Source: Octopus sinensis
Lineage: Eukaryota
Direction of reading: 5' to 3'
Length of the DNA: 27,320 nt
Assembly: GCF_006345805.1 (NCBI RefSeq)
Contig: NW_021833395.1
Location: forward strand, 1-27,320
Made by a program: the position numbers and the translations under genes. Each line of letters begins with the position of its first letter. Position 1 is the first letter of the stretch. Of this stretch, positions 10,620 to 19,572 are shown piece after piece. The notes under the pieces were generated by a model. The model saw only the letters and a list, made by a program, of their open reading frames with translations. It had not been told where the DNA came from and did not search any database.

Positions 10620-10760
10620 GATTAACATATACATGTCAACATATATACTATACATATATATTATATTATATTATACTACATATATATTGTATGTATATGT
10701 ATATAAATATATATGTATATATATGCATACGTATATATGTATGTGTATATATATATATGC

Positions 10761-10797
<37 letters not shown>

Positions 10798-11079
10798 ATA
10801 TAGATATACTTGTAGACATTTGTGTATGGAAAAATATATATATATAACTATACATATATTCATACATATATACACTCATATATATATATAAAAATCATAG
10901 TATATGTATTTAGTTATTTATCAGATAAGGTTTCGTATCATTTTAATATATTTGCATTTATGTTAAAAAGTTATTCACCAAGTTACAAGTTCACTCACAC
11001 ATGCACATACACACACAGTCTCACACATATACATATATATATATATATGCACAAATACCCACATGCGGTGTACATGTGT

Positions 11080-11134
<55 letters not shown>

Positions 11135-11165
11135 GTGTGTGTGTGTGTGTTTGTGTGTTTGCGTA
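10620..11165. repeat. Compound TA/TATG/CA/TG microsatellite region
   Basis: Direct inspection. Confidence 0.9.
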
Positions 11166-11578
11166 CCTATGTATCTGTATATACGTATTATCTAAAGCGA
11201 GATATATGTGGGTCATAATTTATTCAAACCACAACTAATTTCATATTCACAATTATAGAATAAATAGCTTTATTAGACAGTTTGAAATGTCAATAGAATT
11301 TACAAGTATATAAAATTACAGTGACAAAAAAAATGTGGTTTTCAGATTTATTCATCTGCGGTTTACGTGACTTGAGATCAAATAAGTCGTCTCTTTTGTT
11401 GAATTTCCAATGAAAAGTTTTATGAAATTTTCATTTCAGATTCTGAAGAAAAAAACTGTGATTTTGAGCCGCGTCAGTTATATATAGATAAAACATACTA
11501 GAGTGTGCCGCAGCGTGTGCATAGTATAACTGAGATAACATCTTTATAGATAAGAAGAACATTGATTTTGTTTTTCAG

Positions 11579-11666
11579 GGATTATTTCCGGAAAATATCG
11601 GGGGAACAACAGTGGGACTGCAATATAGTTAAATATGAAATTGCGAGAAGGAAAAGAGATTTATCG
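11579..11666 (+). CDS. Candidate orphan internal exon (88 nt); the one open frame reads DYFRKISGEQQWDCNIVKYEIARRKRDLS
   Basis: Acceptor TTGATTTTGTTTTTCAG| and donor TCG|GTATGT, one stop-free frame, non-repetitive sequence. No partner exons were identified. Confidence 0.35.
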
Positions 11667-11731
11667 GTATGTATCAATAAATACAACACACACATATATA
11701 TTCATACATATCCATGCGACATACATACATA

Positions 11732-11939
11732 TACTCTTTACTCTTTTACTTGTTTCGGTCATTTGATTGCGGCCATGCTGGAGCACCGCCTTTAGTGGAG
11801 CAAATCGACCCCGGGACTTATTCTTTGTAAGCTCAGTACTTATTCTATCGATCTCTTTTGCCGAACTGCTAAGTGACGGTGACGTAAACACACCAGCATC
11901 GGTTGTCAAGCAATGCTAGGGGAACAAACACACACACAC

Positions 11940-11970
<31 letters not shown>

Positions 11971-12122
11971 CATATATGTACGACAGGCTTCTTTCAGTTT
12001 CCGTCTCCCAAATCCACTCACAAGGCATTGGTCGGCCCGGGGCTATAGCAGAAGACACTTGCCCAAGATGCCACGCATGTGGTTGGTTAGCAAGCTACTT
12101 ACCACACAGCCACTCCTGCGCC
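11732..12122 (-). mobile_element. Full-length SINE-C (CORE-like block, internal CA/TA microsatellite)
   Basis: Head GGCGCAGGAGTGGCTGTGTGGTAAG, CORE-like GCATCTTGGGCAAGTGTCTT, tail AAGTAAAAGAGTAAAGAGTA. Confidence 0.92.
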
Positions 12123-12144
12123 TATACATATACAAATGTATATA

Positions 12145-12628
12145 TCTATTATATAAAATCCTTTCTGTCTGTCTGTATGTGTGGCTTCTAGGATCTCGGT
12201 TATCCTCCATCCGATTGCGCTCAAATTTGATTTGTAGATACCGACGATATCAGGGCGTGTATAAGTCTTGAAAGAATTACAAAAATCGATTCCAGGTGAG
12301 AATGCGATCGATAAAGTCGTGGGAAAGTGCAGTTTGCGCCAAAAAAGCCGGCTGGCTTAAAATAATGCAACAAAATGCAGTATATTAAAGAGACCAAAAA
12401 AAGTAAGATGCAAAAGAGATATTTTCTTCAATCTTGGCATGAAGGAAGGAAAGACTATTTGGGTTCTCAAAAAGATTTTTATTTTGTTAACTTCGTTTAA
12501 CAAAACCAAAAACTTTTATTGAAATAAAGGCATGCTTAATTATTTTTTAATGAAAAGAAAACACTGATTTCTTTTTATTCAGCATATATGATTCAGCACC
12601 GTCCATTGGACGGGGGGCGTTTTGCTCG
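12145..12628 (+). mobile_element. Non-autonomous Helitron-like (DINE/HINE-like) element
   Basis: A|TCTATTATATAAAATCC start with a (TCTG)n microsatellite, subterminal hairpin CCGTCC-ATT-GGACGG (12599-12613), and an end CTCG|T (a variant of CTAG) consistent with an A-T target. Confidence 0.65.
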
Positions 12629-12651
12629 TGTATATATATATATATATATAT

Positions 12652-12725
12652 TGGGAGAATTCACAAAATAAAACAAAAAACGAAGACAGGTGGTGTAGAC
12701 AACAAATAGATGCATTAGTTTAACA
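12652..12725 (-). mobile_element. 3' end fragment of the same family as 13861-14180, abutting (TA)n
   Basis: GGGAGAATTCAC...GACAGGTGGTGTAGACAACAAATAGATGCATTAGT is similar to 13862-13925. Confidence 0.7.
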
Positions 12726-12799
12726 TATTCTTTATTGATATGTAAGACGAGTAAATCATAAGACGAGCTCGGTTATGGAACTAATTAAATTCGTGCAAG

Positions 12800-12853
<54 letters not shown>

Positions 12854-13066
12854 GGTATGCACATATATGTATTTATATGTGCATTTTTTTTCTAGTTTCA
12901 GCTCAGAGCTGCGGCCATGCTGATGAACCATATATATATATATATAAACGTGTGTGTGTGTGTGTATCTGTGTAAGATCCGGGGATCGAGGTATACGAAG
13001 AAAGTTAATCCGTAGTAAATATTGCAAAAAAAGACAACTATCAGAGACAATATCGCTTCATTAAAA

Positions 13067-13500
13067 GGCGGCGAGCTGGCAGAAACGTTAGCACGCCGGG
13101 CGAAATGCTTCGCAGTATTTCATCTGCCGTTACGTTCTGAGTTCAAATTCCACCGAGGTCGACTTTGCCTTTCATCCTTTCGGGGTCGATTAAATAAGTA
13201 CCAGTTACGCACTGGGGTCGATGTAATCGACTTAATCCGTTTGTCTGTCCTTGTTTGTCCCTTCTGTGTTTAGCCCCTTGTGGGTAATAAAGAAATAAGA
13301 ATCATTAGCATGCCGGTCGAATGCTTAGCGATATTTCGTCTGTGCTTACATTCTGAGTTCAAATTCCGCCCAGCTAGACTTTGCCTTTCATCCTTTCGGG
13401 GTCGATAAATTAATTACCAGTTGCGTACTGAGTTCAATCTAATCGACTGGCTCCCTCCCCCAAAATTTTGGGCTTTGCGCCTAGAGTAGGAAAGAATATT
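13067..13500 (+). mobile_element. Full SINE-A (13067-13297) followed by a head-clipped older SINE-A with tail type 3 (13298-~13500)
   Basis: Junction GAAATA|AGAATCATTAGCA, the same breakpoint as at 9461. Confidence 0.9.
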
Positions 13501-13622
13501 GATTTATTGAAACAATATTGGTTTAATGGAAATATCTTCATATTGAAGGACGATAAACTGAAAAACATGTTCTTTTTATATTTCACGGTAGGTGACCAGG
13601 ATTCCCGGGTGTGCGAATAAGA

Positions 13623-13799
13623 ATACAAGTGTTACGGAATGGATCCTTGCCGCAACTTAAACTTGCATTTAATCTAGATACCCTTGGCCTGAAGAGTAGC
13701 CTGCGGTATACACCTCGCTTGGATATTTACCATTTCCGAGGTTCTGCTTGTTATGAAACATATGTAGTTCGGATATTATCTACTCCAATCCGTAACTCT

Positions 13800-13804
<5 letters not shown>
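13623..13804 (+). ncRNA. Type I hammerhead ribozyme motif, canonical core, inside a long rod
   Basis: CUGAAGA at 13689-13695, stem II GUAGC/GUUAU, GAAA at 13755-13758, palindromic ACAUAUGU stem III, triplet GUA (A 13766). Outer stems are UAGAUA/UAUCUA and a 19/21-bp stem 13623-13643/13784-13804. Confidence 0.75.

Positions 13805-13860
<56 letters not shown>
13802..13860. repeat. Pure (TA)n tract between two convergent hammerhead-bearing ends
   Basis: Direct inspection. Confidence 0.95.
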
Positions 13861-13864
<4 letters not shown>

Positions 13865-14180
13865 AGAGTTTACGAAAAAAAAAGACGAAGAAAGGTGGTG
13901 TACAAGACAAACAGATGTATTAGTATAACGCTCAGGAATAGAAAAAGTATTTTACGTTTCGAGTCTACGCTCTTCTACAGAAAGGGAAACAGAAAAAAAA
14001 ACAGGAGAGAAACAAGGAGAGAAAAATGTGTGTAGTGGATAACGATCTATCATGGCGACTGACTCGGACAGAAGGATCACACACGAGGAGGAAAGTAGGG
14101 GAGATAACAAAGTAAAGATGACCCCCAACACGAAGATGCGTGTGTGTATAAGAGAGTATGTATGTACGTGTGAAAGAGGG
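13861..14180 (-). mobile_element. Penelope-like terminal (pLTR-like) fragment with a minimal hammerhead-like motif at 13950-13986
   Basis: Minus strand CUUU-CUGUAGA-A-GAG CGUAGA CUC-GAAACGUA-AAA has the CUGAAGAAGGG..CCCGAAACGUC form typical of PLE ends; its 3' end abuts (TA)n. Confidence 0.6.
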
Positions 14181-14186
14181 CTGGTG

Positions 14187-14241
<55 letters not shown>

Positions 14242-14251
14242 CTTGTCTCCT

Positions 14252-14464
14252 TATATCATATGCATTAATGATATTTATCTCTCACTAGATGGAGTTACTT
14301 TCTGTTGATCTTACCTTAACGGAACAGTAATACACACACACGCACACACGCACACACGCACACACACACACACACACATATATATATTACTGTTCCGTTA
14401 AGGTAATATCAACAGAAAGCACTCAATCTAGAGGAAGATAAATATCATTAATGCACATGATATA
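14252..14464. repeat. ~81-bp inverted repeat (about 90% identical) around a CA/TA microsatellite spacer
   Basis: Arms are 14252-14332 and 14385-14464; the inner 22 bp TTACCTTAACGGAACAGTAATA are perfect. Confidence 0.92.
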
Positions 14465-14516
14465 TATATATACATATATATATATATATTATATATATAT
14501 ATATACATATATATAC

Positions 14517-14561
<45 letters not shown>

Positions 14562-14562
14562 C

Positions 14563-14607
<45 letters not shown>

Positions 14608-14673
14608 CATATATATATATACATATTATATATATATATATCTATATATATATATATATATATACATATATAT

Positions 14674-14717
<44 letters not shown>

Positions 14718-14730
14718 TATATATATATAC
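14460..14730. repeat. Long imperfect (TA)n microsatellite; further TA tracts at about 14190-14238 and 15100-15230
   Basis: Direct inspection. Confidence 0.95.
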
Positions 14731-15091
14731 ATAAAATTGATTATTATTTGATGTTCAACAAATGCAACAATCGATTGAATATCAAAGAAGCTTCTTTAAT
14801 ATAAATATAGATATATTATGGAGTGAAGAAGTGAGTTCTGAAATTCAGTTATACTTAATATATAGCTAAACCTTACCGTTTGATAGAATGCAAGCTGGCA
14901 ATGCCTTGTAGAGTTAATTAAGCTGGATAAAATATATAGGAAATTGAGTTGACTATACTTTATTATACGATCAATTAATACAATCGCTTGATTAATTGAA
15001 TAATATGGAATATTCATGGTTGAATATTGAATATTTATCTACAGATTCGTGCATGATATGAGCCCGTATATACATATACATACAGACACAC

Positions 15092-15231
<140 letters not shown>

Positions 15232-15537
15232 CAGAGAGAGACAGAGAGAGAGAAAGAGAGAGATTGATTGTGGTTGATAATCCTAAATAATTAACTACCT
15301 CCACAATTGAATAAAAGGCATGTAGCTATTACATAATATAATTTCGTTTACTTTATTACATTCTACTTTAAAATAATTAACTTCTTCAATTATAGCTGAT
15401 ACAGCAAATATGCATTTTGTTCAGATTGAATTAGGATTAACAGGCAAAATCCGTACGCCCACTTCCTTTTGAATATTCACCAGCGAATATCCTCAACACA
15501 TATATGAGTTTATGCGGATGTCTATGTATGTATGTAT

Positions 15538-15646
15538 GTCATTATTCAGTTTATTTCAAGATTTCTTGCCAATAGAGAAAGAGCCGGTTTCTAACCTAGA
15601 TCCAAGGTTCCCTTCATTGGAATTTCAACATCAACAACAGGGTATT
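15538..15646 (-). mobile_element. Probable retroelement 3' end running into (CATA)n, with a very degenerate hammerhead-like layout
   Basis: Minus strand CCAAUGAA-GGGA-ACCU UGGAUCU AGGU-UA-GAAACCGGCUC...AAACUGAAUAAUGA-(CAUA)n. Confidence 0.4.
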
Positions 15647-15654
15647 TTTTATTT

Positions 15655-16072
15655 GTTTTACTGTTTTACTGTTTTACTTGTTTCAGTTATTTGACTGTGG
15701 CCATACTGGAGCACAGCCTTTAGTCGAGCAAATCGACCCCAGTACTTACTATTTGTAAGCCTAGTACTTATTCTATCGGTCTCTTTTGCTAACCGTTAAG
15801 TTATGGGACATAAACACACCAGCGATGCTGGGAGGACAAACACAGACACACAAACATATACACCACATACATACATACATACCATATATAATATATATAT
15901 TATATATATATATACGACGGGCTTCTTCAGTTTCCATCTACCAAATCCACTCACAAGGGTTTGGTCGGCCGAAGCTATAGAGAAGACACTTGCCCAAGGT
16001 GGCCACGCGTGGGACTGAACCCGGAACCATGTGGTTGGTAGCAACTACTTACCACACAGCCACTCCTACGCC
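15655..16072 (-). mobile_element. Full-length SINE-C
   Basis: Same head, CORE-like block and tail as 11732-12122. Confidence 0.92.
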
Positions 16073-16140
16073 TATCTATGTATGTATGTATGTATGTATG
16101 ATTGTATGTATGTGTAGATTTGTATGTGTTATGTATGTAT

Positions 16141-17195
16141 TCTCATGCATATAGTTACATGTCTAGACATGCTCTTATATATTTAAATGATAAACTTCTG
16201 GAAAGTTTTACAGATTTTTATAGTTCCAGTAATGGATTGGATCAGTAATCTTCGAATTAGCTTTCTCCTTTCTGGTTTTGAGAAGTCTAATTTCTCAAGA
16301 TTGGTAAATAGGCAGTGTGTTACATATCTCAAAGCCCCAATAATTACAGGTATAAACCTGAACTTGTAATCTGGATAGAGTAACTGCATATTTCTCAATA
16401 GTTCACCATATATGATCCCTTTTTTTACTGACCTTAAGCTGTATGTTAACATCCACTGGGCAGCTAATTTCCACAATTGTGCACAGTTTCTTTTCTGTAT
16501 CCCAAATCATTATATCAGGTCTGTTGTGCTTACATTTTAATGAGGTCTTCACTGGTACATTCCACCAGTATTCCTTTTTATTATGAGTGTCTATGGCTTC
16601 TACTATGTTGTGGGGTTTTATTTCTTTGTCCTCGGGATTATCCTTCCGGCGGACGTCATTATAGAGTGTCCTAGCTACAACATAATGTCTCATCGGTAGA
16701 TAATACCATGATGACATTTTCGGACAACTGCTTATGATGTGGGTGATATCTTCAGTGTGAACTCCACAAAGTCTGCATGGGTTGTCACATTTTACGGGTT
16801 TTCCAGCATCTCTATCCCTTTTGTGCATCAGGTACTTGGTTGATATTTCTTGTTCCTGGATTGCAAATGCATACCCTTCAAAGTGAGAGGTAGTAATCCG
16901 GCTATTGATCCTTGATATCCTAGTTTGATGATCTATGTTACTATCGTTACGGATTTTTTTACTAACATATTCATGCATAGTCTTCTGCTCATATAGGCTC
17001 ATCGTTTCATCTGATGATATGTTGCTGTAGACTTCTTTGGACATGCGAATTCTTTCGGCATGCATTCTAGATTATCAGACAAAGAGTGTTGCTCAAAGAT
17101 CTGCCTTCCACGTCTTGTGATGTTACCAGCCTCATGTATGCAAACTTGGTCCAGGGATGCACTTCGACGCTTGGTAGTTAAAAGATGTTGCCGAT
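16141..17195 (-). mobile_element. 5'-truncated R4/Dong-clade non-LTR retrotransposon (CCHC knuckle + restriction-like endonuclease)
   Basis: EGYAFAIQEQEISTKYL, CRLCGVHTEDITHIISSC, MRH, HNRPDIMIWDTEKKLCTIVEISCP...IYGEL...IPVIIGAL. One 1-nt frameshift lies in the A7 run near 16420-16426, the stop is at 16183, and the RT is absent. Confidence 0.88.
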
Positions 17196-17330
17196 ATATA
17201 CATGTATGCATGTATGTATGTACGTATACATGTACAGCGACAGACGGACATAGAGAGATGTATGTGTGTATGCATATGTGTTAATACTAGTATTTATGCA
17301 TGCATATATGTGTGCCTGTATATATATTGA

Positions 17331-17710
17331 GGCGCAATGACCCAGTGGTTAGAGCAGCGGACTCGCGGTCATAGGATCGCGGTTTCGATTCCCAGACCGG
17401 GCGTTGTGAGTGTTTATTGAGCGAAAACACCTAAAGCTCCTCGAGGCTTCGGCAGGAGATAGTGGTGATCCCTGCTGTACTCTTTCACCACAACTTTCTC
17501 TCACTCTTACTTCCTGTTTCTGTTGTACCTGTATTTCAAAGGGCCGGCCTTGTCACCCTCTGTGTCACGCTGAATATCCCCGAGAACTACGTTAAGGGTA
17601 CACGTGTCTGTGGAGTGCTCAGCCACTTACACGTTAATTTCACGAGCAGGCTGTTCCGTTGATTCGGATCAACCGGAACCCTCATCGTCGTAACCGACAG
17701 AGTGCTTCCC
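17331..17710 (+). mobile_element. Full-length SINE-B (tRNA-derived)
   Basis: Head GGCGCAATGACCCAGTGGTTAGAGCAGCGGACTCGCGG, box B GGTTTCGATTCC, 3' end CCCTCATCGTCGTAACCGACAGAGTGCTTCC. Confidence 0.9.
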
Positions 17711-17726
17711 CATATATATATATATG

Positions 17727-17757
<31 letters not shown>

Positions 17758-17766
17758 ATACGATCC

Positions 17767-17888
17767 TTTTGTCAATAATCGGCAAAAGTTTCAGAGTGAC
17801 TCAGGCACCGAATGTTTCGTGCCTTGACTCTTATCAAAACTCTCGAACCTTGAGTCACTCTATTAACTTCTAGCCATTGTTGATAAAA
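17767..17888 (+). repeat. 122-nt imperfect inverted repeat / hairpin
   Basis: TTTTGTCAATAAT/ATTGTTGATAAAA (13 bp, two G-U) and AGAGTGACTCA/TGAGTCACTCT (11 bp, perfect). Confidence 0.85.
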
Positions 17889-17944
17889 CACATATATACT
17901 TATGTCTCGAATTTTATTTCCTTGTTTGCATCGCCAAACTTATA

Positions 17945-18100
17945 TATAAACAATTGCAGCGTGAAAGGTGTTCATAAGCCATTTAAAAACACATAAAAAC
18001 CGTTAGATTCATTTCAACATTTAAATTTAATTTGTGTCAAAATGGTTTCGTCTCTATGAAACCGCAACCTGTTCACTGACAAAACTAGATTATCTACATC
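17945..18100 (-). mobile_element. Penelope-like terminal fragment with a G3-C8 variant hammerhead-like motif (18035-18084)
   Basis: Minus strand UGUCA-GUGAACA-...GUUUC AUA GAGAC-GAAA-CCAUU-U-UGACA; the 3' end reaches a short TA run at about 17940-17948. Confidence 0.5.
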
Positions 18101-18179
18101 TGGGATGTATATTCATTTAATGTTTTTTCTTACAGATAAGATTAAATGTTTTTATGTTCGCTGCTCGCAACATTTTTGC

Positions 18180-18279
<100 letters not shown>

Positions 18280-18812
18280 AATTTCTTTATTCGTAATTCT
18301 ATTCATAAATTTCGTCCAATTCATAAAATTCATAGTTTTTATATTTATCTGACAGTTCAATTAATCTAGTTGCTGATTTTAAGTCTTCGTTTTTGCTGTG
18401 TAGTGCAGCTATTTCTCTGTTCGTCACCCCCTCCGCATTCCACGGTCTGTCTCTCTTGGCTGTTTTTTTTTTTGTTTTTGTCTCGGTTCGCTCAGCTTTT
18501 GCTGGTTCGAGCCTCCCGTTTTCCTTTCGTTGTTTATTTTTCCTTCTGTTTCTCTCTCTCTTTCTTCCTCCTCGCCGCCTGATTCTTCTACACCTTCTTT
18601 ACAATATCTTTTAATATTTTCCACACTGGAAACATCGGGGTTAACGCCCCACAACAAAAATATTTAGAACTTCCTCCCCTACTTCCACGATTTCTGCCAA
18701 CTGTTCTAAAACTTTTGGGGCAGCCTGCAGTATGAGGTTAAGCGTTTGACCAGTCTAATATATATTCTCTGTGACGGTAGCCTGCAGGAGGTTAAAATTA
18801 TCTTCCCTGTAA
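18280..18812 (-). mobile_element. L1/Tx1-type ORF1 (gag-like zinc-knuckle) remnant
   Basis: Broken frames read GQTLNLILQAAPKVLEQLAEIVEVGEEVLNIFVVGR*PRCFQCGK..IKRYCKE (a damaged CX2CX4HX4C), then a Glu/Lys-rich tail. Confidence 0.55.
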
Positions 18813-18814
18813 TA

Positions 18815-19000
18815 ACAGAAACAAGAAGAAATAGTGAGAGAATGTTGTGCTGAAAGAGTACAGCATTGTTCACCAACTACCTTCCGAAGCCTTGTTGAGC
18901 TTTAGGTTTTTTTCACTCAATAAACACCTGGTCTGGGAATCGAAACGGCGATCTTATGGCCGCGAGTCAGCTGCCCTAACCACTGGGCCATTGCGCCTCC
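18815..19000 (-). mobile_element. SINE-B 5' half
   Basis: Minus strand GGAGGCGCAATGGCCCAGTGGTTAGGGCAGCTGACTCGCGG... Confidence 0.85.
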
Positions 19001-19461
19001 ACGAATGAAGATATAATAAATAAATGTCGACATAAAACTAATGATAAATATTTCTGCCGTATACCATGGCTGAATAAACTGGAAATTAAAATTAATTAGT
19101 ATAATCAATAAAGTTTTAATTTACAGAATTAAACCCACATTTTTTTTTTTAATAAATTAATCAGAAGAGACGATAGGGAGAAACAGATATGATATAAACA
19201 GACCCTTTTGTTGTGCTGAGATTGATGAGTTCGGTACAATAATTGCAGCCGGATGGAAACAATTAATGATAGATAATTATTATTTATGGTCGCTAGTCTA
19301 CAGTTTCTTCTGGCAACTTATTGTTATACATTATCTGACGTATATAATTGAATATAATTAAATGTTATTAAATATAGATAGAAAATATTCGTATTTTAAC
19401 GCAACATACAGTGAAATATTTGTTTGTATGTACAAGCTTATATATGTATGTTAACATATAC

Positions 19462-19509
<48 letters not shown>

Positions 19510-19572
19510 ATTATACACATGGTATACTATATACGTATACGATATACATTGTATATATTTTAGTTTTATATG

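Noticed and set aside
11440-11472. Micro-exon DSEEKNCDFEP resembling an LDLa/MAM junction
   Set aside because: The donor (GTCAGT) is weak and its phase is incompatible with the open frame of the 11579 exon candidate.
13611-13862. 83-aa ORF and possible exon after TTTCACGGTAG
   Set aside because: The region is better explained as a hammerhead-bearing repeat terminus; there is no convincing donor or homology.
17800-17845. Minus-strand UUGAUAA...GAAAC (U3-A8 variant) inside the 17767-17888 hairpin
   Set aside because: Stem II is marginal, position 17 would be G, and no stem I forms.
19222-19275. TTGATGA-GTTCGG...CCGGAT-G-GAAAC as a U3 variant hammerhead
   Set aside because: A stem II-like helix exists but is out of register with GAAA, and no U-H site or stem I follows.
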